Source of the DNA: an uncultured Flavobacteriales bacterium
GTDB lineage: Bacteria > Bacteroidota > Bacteroidia > Flavobacteriales_C > GCA-002722245
Direction of reading: 5' to 3'
Assembly (NCBI GenBank): GCA_963933885.1
Contig: CAWVWF010000002.1
Span: 124-64,123, forward strand
Length of the DNA: 64,000 bases
Within the stretch, counting starts at the first letter, position 1, and every line of letters begins with the position of its first letter. Shown here piece after piece: positions 1 through 10,475 of this stretch. Made by a program: the position numbers and the translations under genes. The notes below the pieces were generated by a model. It had not been told where the DNA came from, ran no database searches, and worked only from the letters and a program-made list of their open reading frames with translations.

Positions 1-480
1 CTGCATCGTAATAATATTGGTGTGGTAACTTACTATTTTGAGCAAAGTCTTCTTCGGACAAACCAATGAGTTTTTGTACTCTTTGACTTATATAACTTAA
101 CTTTTTATTGCCTTTTTCAGATATTGAAATCGTATATATTACTTCATCAATATTACCTAAGAAAAAAGCCAGTTGCTTTTGTCTAGTATCTTTTTCTACC
201 TTCTTTAATCTAAATACATTGAAAACTTTCCCGCCATTATTAATAATCCTTTTCTCAACTGATATTAAATAATCAAGTTCATACAAATCAATATTAATTT
301 CTTTGTCTGTTTCTGTAGCGAAACCAATAATAGAAGAGAAATCTTCCTTCAAAGGTTGCTCAGGAAAATCTGGAATTATTTTAAGAATAGGATTATTAAA
401 ATAAATTAGATCCATCTTCTCATTAAAAACAACAATTCCTTCCGCGGAATTACTAAATAAACTGTCTAATAAGAGTGCAT
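1..480 (-). CDS. PAS-domain sensor protein, N-terminal part (CDS continues beyond window start)
   Basis: Reverse-strand translation from the ATG (revcomp of 478-480) reads MDALLLDSLFSNSAEGIVVFNEKMDLIYFNNPILKI..., which is PAS-like. The frame stays open to position 1. It is absent from the ORF track only because it has no stop in the window. Confidence 0.5.
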
Positions 481-529
481 CCATAGTCCAATATTCATGT
501 GAAAGATAACAAATAGAAAGTAGTTTATC

Positions 530-1720
530 CTAAGCTTTTGGTGGATTAAATGATGGAATTCCAGTGACGTCTGCTCCTGTAATTAATAAATGTATATCAT
601 GCGTACCTTCATAGGTAATTACACTCTCTAAATTCATCATATGTCGCATAATTGGATATTCTCCAGTAATTCCCATTCCACCGTGAATTTGCCTCGCTTC
701 ACGTGCAATTTTCAAAGCCATATCTACATTGTTCCTTTTTGCCATTGATATTTGTGCTGAAGTTGCTTTGCCTTCATTTCTTAATACGCCAAGCCTCCAA
801 GCTAAAAGCTGTGCTTTGGTAATTTCAGTTATCATTTCAGCAAGCTTCTTCTGTGTAAGTTGAAATGATGCTATTGGTTCACCAAATTGTTTTCTTTGTA
901 TAGAATACTTTAGTGCACTATCATAGCAATCTAATGCCGCACCAATTGCTCCCCATGCAATTCCATATCTAGCGGAATCCAGACATCCAAGTGGTGCACT
1001 AAGCCCATCTTTTCCAGTTAATAAGTTTTCTTTTGGAACCTTAACGTTGTCAAATACTAACTCTCCAGTTATACTTCCTCTTAAAGACCATTTGTTATGA
1101 ATTTCTGGAGCGGTAAAACCCTCCATTCCTTTTTCTACGATCAGTCCTTTAATTCTGCCATTTTCATCTTTTGCCCATACTACAGCAAGGTCAGCAATAG
1201 GTGAATTTGTAATCCACATTTTTGCTCCATTTAAAAGATAATGATCACCCATGTCTTTTATGTTTGTAGTTAGTCCACTTGGGTTAGATCCATGATCAGG
1301 CTCTGTTAAACCAAAACAGCCAACGTATTCTCCTGATGCTAACTTGGGAAGATATTTAAGTTTTTGCACTTCTGAACCGTAAGTGAAAATAGGATACATT
1401 ACTAAAGAACTTTGTACTGATGCACATGATCTTATCCCAGAATCTCCTCGTTCTAACTCCATCATCATTATTCCATATGAAATTTGATCAAGTCCAGCGC
1501 CTCCATATTCTGTTGGGATATATGGACCAAAAGCACCAATATCTCCTAAGCCTTTAATAATTGAAGGATCAAATATTGCTGATTGGCAAATAGATTCTAT
1601 TTTTGGAGAAATATCTTTTTTAACCCATGATCTAGTTGCTTTTCGAACCATGATGTGTTCATCCGATAATAAATCATCAACATTATAATAATCGTGAAAA
1701 GTATAATTATCTGTCTTCAT
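530..1720 (-). CDS. acyl-CoA dehydrogenase (glutaryl-CoA dehydrogenase-like)
   Basis: 396 aa. It carries the ACAD signatures (GCFGLTEPDHGSNP, QIHGGMGITGEYPIMRHMMNLESVITYEGT) and the overall layout matches glutaryl-CoA dehydrogenases. Confidence 0.8.
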   Translation of the reverse strand: MKTDNYTFHDYYNVDDLLSDEHIMVRKATRSWVKKDISPKIESICQSAIFDPSIIKGLGDIGAFGPYIPTEYGGAGLDQISYGIMMMELERGDSGIRSCASVQSSLVMYPIFTYGSEVQKLKYLPKLASGEYVGCFGLTEPDHGSNPSGLTTNIKDMGDHYLLNGAKMWITNSPIADLAVVWAKDENGRIKGLIVEKGMEGFTAPEIHNKWSLRGSITGELVFDNVKVPKENLLTGKDGLSAPLGCLDSARYGIAWGAIGAALDCYDSALKYSIQRKQFGEPIASFQLTQKKLAEMITEITKAQLLAWRLGVLRNEGKATSAQISMAKRNNVDMALKIAREARQIHGGMGITGEYPIMRHMMNLESVITYEGTHDIHLLITGADVTGIPSFNPPKA

Positions 1721-1828
1721 AATTTAAGATTTAGGAAAAATGCCTATTGTTAATACCGTTATTGTAAATTACAAGTTTCGATTTAAGAAGAGTATCTTAG
1801 TCTTTTAATTCATAAAAAATAATATTAT

Positions 1829-2365
1829 ATGGTTAAGAAGTTTAGTTTTTTTCTTTTTTCAATTTTTTCAACATTGTGTTTTTCTCAGCAACTTGTTCAG
1901 GAAAGGGCTAATATTACCTTCTTTTCTAATGCACCTATTGAGGATATATTTTCAGAAAGTAAACAATGTATTTCAACTTTAAATGGAGACAAAAAATTGT
2001 TTTCTTTTGAAATGAAAATTACAAGTTTCAGTTTTAAAAACCCGCTGATGAAGGAGCACTTCAATGATAATTATTTGGAGTCGAAAAAGTTTCCAGTAGG
2101 AAGTTTTAAAGGAAACATTTTAGGGGATTTTGATTTATCTAAGGATGGAGTTTATAAAGTGTTTGTAACAGGAAAGTTATTGATTCATGGTGTTGCAAAG
2201 CAAAGGAAGATACCTGGGAAAATAATTGTTCGAAATGGAAAGGTAAATATTGAAGCAAAATTTGCCATAAAACTGGAAGAACATGATGTGAAAGTACCAT
2301 CTATAATGACAAAGAAAATAGCTGAAATTGTGGAAATCAATGTTTCGATAAATTATAAGAATTAA
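1829..2365 (+). CDS. YceI-family periplasmic protein (paralog 1)
   Basis: Has a signal peptide and the YceI signature LMKEHFNDNYLESKKFPVGSFKG. It is homologous to the second YceI at 52275-52820. Confidence 0.75.
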   Translation: MVKKFSFFLFSIFSTLCFSQQLVQERANITFFSNAPIEDIFSESKQCISTLNGDKKLFSFEMKITSFSFKNPLMKEHFNDNYLESKKFPVGSFKGNILGDFDLSKDGVYKVFVTGKLLIHGVAKQRKIPGKIIVRNGKVNIEAKFAIKLEEHDVKVPSIMTKKIAEIVEINVSINYKN

Positions 2366-2366
2366 G

Positions 2367-3041
2367 ATGGAGTTAAGAGGTGAAAATTATCATGATTGGT
2401 TATGGATACCAATGTTGTTGTTGTTTTCTTTTATGGCTTTTATTTTTACAAAATATAACGATCAAGTAAGAAGGTGTTTTTTAGCTGTTGTTTCTAATAG
2501 GGAATTTAATGATTTGGTGAGAGATGAGTCTCAAGTTTCAAAAAGGGCAAGTTTAGCGTTAAACATTTTTTCACTTTTCACTTACGCTGCTTTTTTATTT
2601 TTATTTGCTATTAATTTTCTTCAAACTGAATTGTCATATTTAGAATTGTATTTAGCTATTAATGGACTCTTTTTTGGAGGTTTTATTCTGAAAATCTTAT
2701 TTATTTATGCTTTAGGAGAGTTGTTTCAAGAGCAAAACAGCTCTAATTTATATGTAAGTAATTCATTATTGAGTAATGAAGTGTTTGGAATTGTTTTATT
2801 TCCATTAATCCTAGTGATTGCGTACTCTCAAGTGTTAGTCGAGTTTTTTCTATATTCAAGCATAATAATATGGATGTTAGCCAGTGTTTTTAAATGGTAT
2901 AAAGGCATTAAATTCGGTTTATCGCTTTCAGAACTTCCTATAATCTATCCCTTTTTGTATATTTGCACTTTAGAAATCTTGCCAGTATTAGTTTTGGCAA
3001 AGGTTTTTTTAGCGCCTTTGGAGAAAATTGCACTTTACTAA
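2367..3041 (+). CDS. polytopic membrane protein (DUF4271-like)
   Basis: 224 aa with several hydrophobic helices. There is a 1-nt gap to the upstream YceI and 10 nt to hemD. Bacteroidota DUF4271 genes are typically hemD-adjacent. Confidence 0.55.
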   Translation: MELRGENYHDWLWIPMLLLFSFMAFIFTKYNDQVRRCFLAVVSNREFNDLVRDESQVSKRASLALNIFSLFTYAAFLFLFAINFLQTELSYLELYLAINGLFFGGFILKILFIYALGELFQEQNSSNLYVSNSLLSNEVFGIVLFPLILVIAYSQVLVEFFLYSSIIIWMLASVFKWYKGIKFGLSLSELPIIYPFLYICTLEILPVLVLAKVFLAPLEKIALY

Positions 3042-3051
3042 CTAGAAAATT

Positions 3052-3798
3052 ATGGGGTCAGAATTTAAATCAATATTGGTATCACAGCCAAAACCTGAGA
3101 ACAAGAAATCTCCGTATTTTGGATTAGCTGAAAAGTATGATTTGGATGTTGATTTTAGATCATTTATTCACGTAGAAGGTGTTGATTCAAAAGAGTTTCG
3201 TACTCAAAAAATAAATCTTTCTGAATATTCAGCTGTTATTTTAACAAGTAGAAATGCAATTGATCATTTCTTTAGAATATGTGAAGAGACTAGATACACT
3301 GTACCAGATTCTTTAAAATATTTTTGTGTTTCAGAAGCAATCGCTTTATACCTTCAAAAATATGTTGTTTATAGAAAGCGTAAAATTTTTCATGGGAGAC
3401 AGCGATTCATTGAATTAATGGAGTTGATTAAAAAGCATAAGAAAGAGACTTTTTTACTTCCTTCTTCAGATATTTTAAAAGATGTTATTCCAAATCAATT
3501 GGCTGAAGCATCTATAAATTATCAGAGAGCGATTATTTATAGAACAGTGGTTAGTGACTTAAGTGATCTTGAGAATGTAACTTATGACTGTTTAGTTTTT
3601 TATAGTCCTGCAGGAATTGAATCACTTTATAAAAACTTTCCAGGATTTGAGCAGAAGGATACAAAAATTGCTGCTTTTGGGGAAACAACGAAGAAAGCCG
3701 CAGAAAAAAAAGGATTACAAGTTAATATTGGCGCACCAGCACCAAATGCACCTTCAATGACTGGAGCTATTGCCCTTTATATTAAAGCTAATAGTTAA
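3052..3798 (+). CDS. hemD: uroporphyrinogen-III synthase
   Basis: 248 aa. The HemD-like fold is recognisable from the translation (two-lobed pattern, C-terminal GETT motif region). Confidence 0.65.
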   Translation: MGSEFKSILVSQPKPENKKSPYFGLAEKYDLDVDFRSFIHVEGVDSKEFRTQKINLSEYSAVILTSRNAIDHFFRICEETRYTVPDSLKYFCVSEAIALYLQKYVVYRKRKIFHGRQRFIELMELIKKHKKETFLLPSSDILKDVIPNQLAEASINYQRAIIYRTVVSDLSDLENVTYDCLVFYSPAGIESLYKNFPGFEQKDTKIAAFGETTKKAAEKKGLQVNIGAPAPNAPSMTGAIALYIKANS

Positions 3799-3816
3799 AC
3801 GTTCATAATATTTTTT

Positions 3817-3850
3817 AAAAAAGGGGCTTTATATAGCCCCTTTTTTTATT
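3817..3850 (+). terminator. rho-independent terminator after hemD
   Basis: GGGGCT/AGCCCC stem with a TTATAT loop, followed by a T7 run. Confidence 0.7.
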
Positions 3851-3936
3851 TTTATCTCAAATACATTTTAGCCATTTCTGATACTCCGAAAATAAAAAAC
3901 ACTTTAAATAAATCTCAACGCTTAGTTGGGAAAAAA

Positions 3937-4284
3937 ATGGTGGGAGATATATTTGGAAAAAAAGAGAACATATCTGTATTTCCATTAAAAGCATTTTACA
4001 ACAAATTTCCTTCTGAAAAAACATCAAGTGAGTTAAGATTTGGAATTTCAGTTCCTAAGAAAAAGTTTAAACGAGCAGTTGATAGAAATGAAATAAAAAG
4101 GCTTGTAAAAGAAGCCATTCGCTTAAACAAAACCTTTCTTCAAGAATCCTTGTACACCAAGGAAATTTCACTACATATTATGGTGGTTTGTTATTTTGAG
4201 AAGATTCCGGATTATATAACTGTTGAAAAAAGAATAAAACAATTGTTAGAGCGTTTGGCCAAAAGAATTAATTGTGATGAATAA
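3937..4284 (+). CDS. rnpA: ribonuclease P protein component
   Basis: 115 aa basic protein. The RnpA-like motif FGISVPKKKFKRAVDRNEIKRLVKEA is present. The 3' end overlaps the next gene by 11 nt. Confidence 0.75.
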   Translation: MVGDIFGKKENISVFPLKAFYNKFPSEKTSSELRFGISVPKKKFKRAVDRNEIKRLVKEAIRLNKTFLQESLYTKEISLHIMVVCYFEKIPDYITVEKRIKQLLERLAKRINCDE

Positions 4285-5938
4285 AACTAAATTATACTTT
4301 TTTTCGGGATTGTTTGGACTCCTTTCTCTTAGTTTTTTAACCTTAGATGAAGAGCCTGAAAATCGATTCGAAATTGGAAAAAATCTTGATATTTTCACTT
4401 CCCTTTATAAAGAAGTAAATAATCATTATGTAGAGGGAATTCAACCGGGAGAGTTGATGAAGATAGGTATTGACGCAATGTTGGAAAGCCTAGATCCATA
4501 CACTACATATTACCCTGAGTCGGAAATAGAAGATTATAAATTAATGACTACTGGACAGTATGGAGGAATTGGTGCGAGAATAAGAAGAATTAATGATTTC
4601 GTTGTAATTTCAGAACCATATAAAAGCTTTCCAGCATTCAAAGCAGGTCTTAGAGCTGGAGATATACTTTTACAAGTAGATGGTAAAGATGTAAAAGGAA
4701 AGTCTACCGGAGATTTAAGTAAAATTTTAAAAGGAAATCCTGGAACGAGTTTAACTGTTAATGTTAAACGACCAGGAACAGAAAAACCATTTGAAATCAC
4801 TTTTAAGAGAGAAAAAGTTAAAATCAAAAGTGTTCCTTATTATGGAATGGTTTCGGACAGTATTGGATATCTTAAAATGAATAGTTTTACGAGTAAAGTC
4901 TCAAAGGAAGTAAAAGACGCAATTTTAGAATTGAAGAAAAATCCAGCTATGAAGTCACTAGTTTTTGATTTAAGAGGAAACCCAGGAGGTTTACTTCATG
5001 AAGCCATTAACACTGTAAATTTATTTACGAAGAAAGGAGTTACGGTTGTAGAAACAAGAGGTAAAATTGAGGCTTGGAAGAAAACGTACAAAACACTTAA
5101 CGGACCATTAGATAAAGAAATTCCAATGGTTATTTTGGTGAATGGTGGATCAGCATCAGCTTCCGAAATTGTAAGTGGTGCATTACAAGATTTCGATAGA
5201 GCAGTTGTACTTGGGAGAAATACTTATGGTAAAGGATTAGTTCAAACAACTCGTCATTTAAAATACAATACAAGTTTAAAAGTAACTACTGCTAAATACT
5301 ACATCCCTTCAGGAAGATGTATTCAAGCGATTGATTATGCTAAAAAAGATGCTAACGGTAAACCAATAAAAATCCCAGATTCATTATTAACAGAGTTTAA
5401 AACTAAAAACGGAAGAGTTGTTTTAGATGGTGCGGGAGTTAAGCCCGATTTGGAAATGGAAAAAGTAGATTATGGTTCTGTAAGTAGAGCTTTAGTTGCA
5501 GATGATTATATCTTTAATTTTGCCACTAATTATGTTTTAGATCATGATTCTATATCTAATCCTAAAACGTTTGAACTTTCAGAAACAGATTTTGATAAGT
5601 TTTTATCCTTTTTAGATTCAAGTGATTATGATTTTGAAACGGGTACCGATATTCGTTTAGAATCATTAGTGAAGAAAGCAGAAAAGGAAGAGTATCTATC
5701 AATCATTCAGATAGAACTAGATTCGATTAAGAGTAAATTAGGAAGAAAGAAAAAAGAAGAATTATTAAAATATGAAGATCAAATTAAAAAGCTTCTGTCT
5801 TCGGAAATAGTTTCTCGATATTATTTCCAATCTGGTAGAATAGAGAATAAACTAGGAAGTGATCCATACATTAAAAGAGCAGTTGAAATTCTTTCTACTA
5901 AGGGTGAGTATAAAGGAATTTTGCAAGGGAATAAATAA
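4274..5938 (+). CDS. S41 carboxyl-terminal processing protease
   Basis: 554 aa with a signal peptide and PDZ plus S41 catalytic regions (FDLRGNPGGLL, VLVNGGSASASEIVSGALQD). Confidence 0.8.
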   Translation: MMNKTKLYFFSGLFGLLSLSFLTLDEEPENRFEIGKNLDIFTSLYKEVNNHYVEGIQPGELMKIGIDAMLESLDPYTTYYPESEIEDYKLMTTGQYGGIGARIRRINDFVVISEPYKSFPAFKAGLRAGDILLQVDGKDVKGKSTGDLSKILKGNPGTSLTVNVKRPGTEKPFEITFKREKVKIKSVPYYGMVSDSIGYLKMNSFTSKVSKEVKDAILELKKNPAMKSLVFDLRGNPGGLLHEAINTVNLFTKKGVTVVETRGKIEAWKKTYKTLNGPLDKEIPMVILVNGGSASASEIVSGALQDFDRAVVLGRNTYGKGLVQTTRHLKYNTSLKVTTAKYYIPSGRCIQAIDYAKKDANGKPIKIPDSLLTEFKTKNGRVVLDGAGVKPDLEMEKVDYGSVSRALVADDYIFNFATNYVLDHDSISNPKTFELSETDFDKFLSFLDSSDYDFETGTDIRLESLVKKAEKEEYLSIIQIELDSIKSKLGRKKKEELLKYEDQIKKLLSSEIVSRYYFQSGRIENKLGSDPYIKRAVEILSTKGEYKGILQGNK

Positions 5939-5942
5939 TTGT

Positions 5943-7505
5943 ATGATTAACAATTTAGCATTTAGAAAATTTTCAGATAATCTTTTTATTTTTGGATGCT
6001 TTACGCTTTCAGCTAGTATTCCAGTTTCGAAATTCACTACTTCTGTTTCATTGTTTTTAATGGCTTTAGCATGGTTGCTTCAGTGGAATTGGAAAGAGAA
6101 AAAGCAACAATTATTATCAAACAAAAAGTTATTTATTATTGTAACGCTTGCGTATTATACGTTTGTATTTGGGATGTTTTATTCTTCTGACATAGGCTAT
6201 GGACTCAAAGATTTAAAAATTAAAATTCCGCTTTTTGCTCTTCCAGTTTTATTTGTAACAGGGGTTCAGCTAAATAAGAAACAAGTATTAATCGCATTGT
6301 CTTTAATGTCGGCTTCAGCTGTTACGGCCTCAATCATTGGATTTATAAATTATAAGTTGAAAATTGGTACACCAGAAGAAATAACAAACCTTAGAGAGCT
6401 TTCCCCTTTTATCAGTCATATTCGTTTAACACTCCTACTCTGTTTTGGTGTTGGATTATCTGTTTGGGGAGTTACACAACTAAAGTCTAAACTTAAATTC
6501 TTGTTAATCCTTCCAGTTTTATGGATTGTATATTTCATTGTATTTATCGGAAACTTAACTGGAGTTATTATTTTGCCTTTAGTAATATTCTTATTTATCG
6601 TTTCTTACATATATCGATATTCTAAGAAATTTGCAATTATAGGAATTCTAATAAGCGTTTTGTGTATTATTTTTTCCGTTGTTCAAGTGTTAGAAATTTA
6701 TCAATTAGTATTTGTTTCGAAACCAGTTTTAGAAAATAAACACGAGACGAAAAGAGGCAACAAATACACACATGACTTGTCAAGGAAGGACACTGAGAAT
6801 GGGTCATTAACTTGGAGTTATGTTTGTGAAAAAGAACTTGAAGAGGCTTGGGATTTAAAAAGTCAAACGAAATATAAAAGTAGACTCAATGGCTTTCCTT
6901 TTAAAGATGTTTTAATTAGATATTTAACCTCAAAAGGAGTTCATAAAGATTATGAAGGTGTAAATAATTTGTCAGAAAAAGATATAAAAGCAATCGAAAA
7001 AGGTATTGCTAATGTTTACTATATCGAACATAATAAATTACTATCGAGGCTTCATACAACCTTTTGGGAATTGAAAAATCTAGAAAATAGTGGTTATGTC
7101 AATGGAAGTTCCATTACTATGCGTTTTGAATACTGGAAAACAGGTTGGCAAATTTTCAGAGATGTTCCACTTTTAGGAGTAGGAACAGGAGATATTCAAA
7201 ATGAATATCAGAAAGCTTATAAACTTAATAAATCGTCACTAGACTTGAAATACCAACGACGTTCTCACAACCAGTATTTATCAATTTTAATTAGTTTAGG
7301 AGCCTTCGGTTTGATCTTATTTTTGTTTTCAGTTATCTATCCATTGCTTAAATACAAAGGCGAATTAGAGTTTTTGTATTTAGTATCTGTAGTTATCTTC
7401 TTAACCAGCATGTTATGGGAAGATACTATCGAATCTCAGGCAGGTGCAACTTCATTTGCCCTTCTAATCAGTTTGTTTATTTTTTCAAAAAAAACAAGTG
7501 AATAA
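5943..7505 (+). CDS. O-antigen ligase/polymerase-family membrane protein (Wzy_C domain)
   Basis: Polytopic protein with a large loop containing GVGTGD...RSHNQYLSILISLGAFG (Wzy_C-like). The start was moved from the ORF-track position 5859 to the ATG at 5943 to avoid overlap with the upstream gene. Confidence 0.6.
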   Translation: MINNLAFRKFSDNLFIFGCFTLSASIPVSKFTTSVSLFLMALAWLLQWNWKEKKQQLLSNKKLFIIVTLAYYTFVFGMFYSSDIGYGLKDLKIKIPLFALPVLFVTGVQLNKKQVLIALSLMSASAVTASIIGFINYKLKIGTPEEITNLRELSPFISHIRLTLLLCFGVGLSVWGVTQLKSKLKFLLILPVLWIVYFIVFIGNLTGVIILPLVIFLFIVSYIYRYSKKFAIIGILISVLCIIFSVVQVLEIYQLVFVSKPVLENKHETKRGNKYTHDLSRKDTENGSLTWSYVCEKELEEAWDLKSQTKYKSRLNGFPFKDVLIRYLTSKGVHKDYEGVNNLSEKDIKAIEKGIANVYYIEHNKLLSRLHTTFWELKNLENSGYVNGSSITMRFEYWKTGWQIFRDVPLLGVGTGDIQNEYQKAYKLNKSSLDLKYQRRSHNQYLSILISLGAFGLILFLFSVIYPLLKYKGELEFLYLVSVVIFLTSMLWEDTIESQAGATSFALLISLFIFSKKTSE

Positions 7506-7544
7506 GTATATTGATTTCATGCCAGTTTTCATTCGAAATTCCCC

Positions 7545-7574
7545 CTTTATTCTTAATAATATTCCTTATTTTTG
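7545..7574 (+). promoter_or_regulatory. candidate Bacteroidota sigmaA promoter upstream of maeB
   Basis: TATTTTTG at 7567-7574 matches the -7 consensus TAnnTTTG. A partial -33 element (TTTa) lies 17 nt upstream. The ATG is at 7617. Confidence 0.3.
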
Positions 7575-7616
7575 TTAGCTTCGGACGATGATATCGTGCA
7601 GTAAAAACAACTATAA

Positions 7617-9893
7617 ATGGCAAAAATTAGAAAACAGGAAGCACTAGATTATCATGCTCAAGGGAAGCCGGGTAAAATTGAAGTAGTTCCTACAAAACCA
7701 TATAGTACTCAAAGAGATTTATCATTAGCTTATTCTCCAGGTGTTGCAGAACCTTGTTTGGCAATTGCTGAGAATAAAGATGACGTTTATAAATATACCG
7801 CTAAAGGGAATCTTGTTGCTGTAATTTCCAATGGAACTGCAGTTTTAGGACTTGGTGATATTGGACCAGAAGCATCAAAACCAGTAATGGAAGGTAAGGG
7901 GCTTTTGTTTAAGATCTTTGCCGATTTAGATTGTTTTGATATTGAAGTAGATGTAACTGATATTGACAAGTTTGTTGAAACTGTTAAAGCTATTGCTCCA
8001 ACGTTTGGAGGAATAAACTTAGAAGATATTAAAGCACCAGAGTGTTTTGAAATAGAAAGACGTTTAAAAGAGGAATTAGATATTCCAATCATGCATGATG
8101 ATCAGCATGGAACTGCTATCATAACTACAGCAGGTTTGTTAAATGCTTTAGAAGTTGTTGGTAAGAAAATTGACGAAGTTAAAATTATCGTTAATGGAGC
8201 CGGAGCATCAGCAGTAAGTTGTGCTAAGCTGTACGTTTCTTTAGGTGCAAAAAGAGCAAATATTTTAATGTTAGATTCTAAAGGAGTTATAAAACCTTCA
8301 AGAGGAAGCTTAACAGAGCAAAAAGCATATTTTGCAAATGAAGTTGAAGCAACAACTTTGGATGAAGCTATTAAAAATGCAGATGTGTTTTTAGGTTTAT
8401 CAAGAGGAAATGTATTATCAGCTGATATGGTTAAAACAATGGCTAAAGATCCAATTGTTTTTGCTTGTGCAAACCCAACTCCTGAAATTTCTTATGAAGA
8501 AGCAATGGCTTCAAGAGATGATATTATTATGGCTACTGGTAGATCAGACCATCCTAATCAGGTTAACAATGTAATTGGATTCCCATTCATTTTCAGAGGA
8601 GCAATGGATGTACTTGCTTCTGGTATTAATGAAGAAATGAAAGTTGCAGCAGTTAGAGCAATTGCAGCTTTAGCAAAAGAAAGTGTACCTGATGAGGTGA
8701 ATAAGACCTATGGATCTAAAAACTTAGTTTTCGGTAAAGAATATATTATACCTAAACCAACTGATCCAAGATTAATATCTATCGTTGCGCCTGCAGTTGC
8801 AAAAGCAGCAATGGATTCTGGAATTGCTAGAAAACCAATCAAAGATTGGGATAAATACAAGCAAGACTTGGAAAGTAGAATGGGTTATGATAGTACAGTT
8901 ATGCAACAAGTTTCGTTGCGTGCTAAAAGAGATCCAAAGAGAGTAGTTTTTGCTGAAGCCGATAATTACAAGGTTTTAAAAGCAGCTCAACAAATAAATG
9001 ATGAAGGTATTGCGGTTCCAATTTTATTAGGAGATAGGGAAAACATTAATGATTTAATTGAAGAATATCAATTGGATTTAGAAGGTGTTGAAATCATTGA
9101 TACAAGATCAGAGGAAGCAAGCGAAAAGAGAAAACAATTTGGTAAAATCCTTTTTGAAAAAAGGAAAAGACGAGGAGTTACTGAGTTTGAAGCTGAAAAG
9201 ATAATGAGAAGTAGAAATTACTTCGGAAGTTTAATGGTTGAAGCTGGTGAAGCAGATGCTTTAATTACTGGGGTAACTAGAAAATATAAAGATTCAATCA
9301 GACCAGCTTTACAAATTATTGGCGTTGAAGAGGAAATTGGAAAAATTGCAGGAATGTATGTTGTACTTACAAAACAAGGACCTTACTTCTTTGCTGATAC
9401 AACTATTAATCAAACACCTACAGCTGAGGAGTTAGTTGATATTGCATTATTAACTTATAATGCAGTAAAAGAATTTAATGTAGAACCAAGAATAGCAATG
9501 TTAAGTTATTCAAACTTTGGTTCTGTAAGTGGAGGAAGCCCTGGAACTGTAAGAAAAGCAGTTGAAATTTTACATAGAGATTATCCGGAAATTGTGGTTG
9601 ATGGAGATGTTCAAGCTAATTTCGCCGTAAATCCTGCCTTATTAAACGAACAATTTCCTTTTACAAAATTGGAAAAGAAAGGCGCTAATACATTAGTCTT
9701 CCCTAATTTATCTTCTGGAAATATTTCTTATAAGTTATTACAAGAAATGAGTGGTTTAGAAGTTATAGGGCCAGTTTTATTAGGAATGAAGAAATCAGTT
9801 CATATTATGCAACTTGGTGCAAGTGTTCGTGAAATCGTTAATATGACAACTATTGCAGTTGTTGATGCACAAATTAAACAAGCGAAGAAATGA
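7617..9893 (+). CDS. maeB: NADP-dependent malic enzyme (malic enzyme plus phosphotransacetylase-like domain)
   Basis: 758 aa with malic-enzyme NAD-binding motifs and a C-terminal PTA-like half. It overlaps ruvA by ATGA. Confidence 0.85.
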   Translation: MAKIRKQEALDYHAQGKPGKIEVVPTKPYSTQRDLSLAYSPGVAEPCLAIAENKDDVYKYTAKGNLVAVISNGTAVLGLGDIGPEASKPVMEGKGLLFKIFADLDCFDIEVDVTDIDKFVETVKAIAPTFGGINLEDIKAPECFEIERRLKEELDIPIMHDDQHGTAIITTAGLLNALEVVGKKIDEVKIIVNGAGASAVSCAKLYVSLGAKRANILMLDSKGVIKPSRGSLTEQKAYFANEVEATTLDEAIKNADVFLGLSRGNVLSADMVKTMAKDPIVFACANPTPEISYEEAMASRDDIIMATGRSDHPNQVNNVIGFPFIFRGAMDVLASGINEEMKVAAVRAIAALAKESVPDEVNKTYGSKNLVFGKEYIIPKPTDPRLISIVAPAVAKAAMDSGIARKPIKDWDKYKQDLESRMGYDSTVMQQVSLRAKRDPKRVVFAEADNYKVLKAAQQINDEGIAVPILLGDRENINDLIEEYQLDLEGVEIIDTRSEEASEKRKQFGKILFEKRKRRGVTEFEAEKIMRSRNYFGSLMVEAGEADALITGVTRKYKDSIRPALQIIGVEEEIGKIAGMYVVLTKQGPYFFADTTINQTPTAEELVDIALLTYNAVKEFNVEPRIAMLSYSNFGSVSGGSPGTVRKAVEILHRDYPEIVVDGDVQANFAVNPALLNEQFPFTKLEKKGANTLVFPNLSSGNISYKLLQEMSGLEVIGPVLLGMKKSVHIMQLGASVREIVNMTTIAVVDAQIKQAKK

Positions 9894-10474
9894 TACATCA
9901 TATAAATGGACGCTTAGTTGAAAAAGCACCTACTCATGCAATTATTGAAGCAGGTGGGGTTGGATATTTTATTAATATCTCATTGCTTACTTTTTCTAAG
10001 TTAAAAGATACCGAGGCTTGTTTGCTTTACACACATTTATCTGTAAAGGAGGATTCGCATACTTTATATGGATTTGCTGAAAAATCGGAACGAGAGATTT
10101 TCAGAAAATTAATTTCAGTAAATGGAGTTGGAGCTACAACTGCTAGAATTATGCTTTCTTCTTTGACTGCTGATGAAATTACTGCGGCAATTATTACTGG
10201 AGATGTTGATACACTAAAGGGTATTAAGGGTATTGGAACTAAATCAGCGCAAAGAATTATTGTTGATTTAAAAGACAAATTAGGGAAAGTTGAAGGGCTT
10301 GAACAAAATATTTTAACATTTAATAACAATACACACAGAGACGAGGCGTTATCAGCATTGTTAGCATTAGGATTCACTAAAAATGCAGTGGAAAAGGTGT
10401 TAATTAAGGTATTGAAGGCACAACCTGACTTAGATGTAGAAGGTTTAATTAAAGCAGCATTGAAAAATCTATAG
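9890..10474 (+). CDS. ruvA: Holliday junction DNA helicase RuvA
   Basis: 194 aa. The RuvA N-terminal OB fold and HhH motifs (GVGATTARIMLS, IKGIGTKSAQRII) are present. Confidence 0.85.
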   Translation: MIHHINGRLVEKAPTHAIIEAGGVGYFINISLLTFSKLKDTEACLLYTHLSVKEDSHTLYGFAEKSEREIFRKLISVNGVGATTARIMLSSLTADEITAAIITGDVDTLKGIKGIGTKSAQRIIVDLKDKLGKVEGLEQNILTFNNNTHRDEALSALLALGFTKNAVEKVLIKVLKAQPDLDVEGLIKAALKNL

Positions 10475-10475
10475 T

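Noticed and set aside
4534-4827. 97-aa minus-strand ORF inside the S41 protease gene
   Set aside because: Antisense shadow ORF with no supporting features.
7787-8092. 101-aa minus-strand ORF inside maeB
   Set aside because: Antisense to a strongly supported conserved enzyme. No independent signals.
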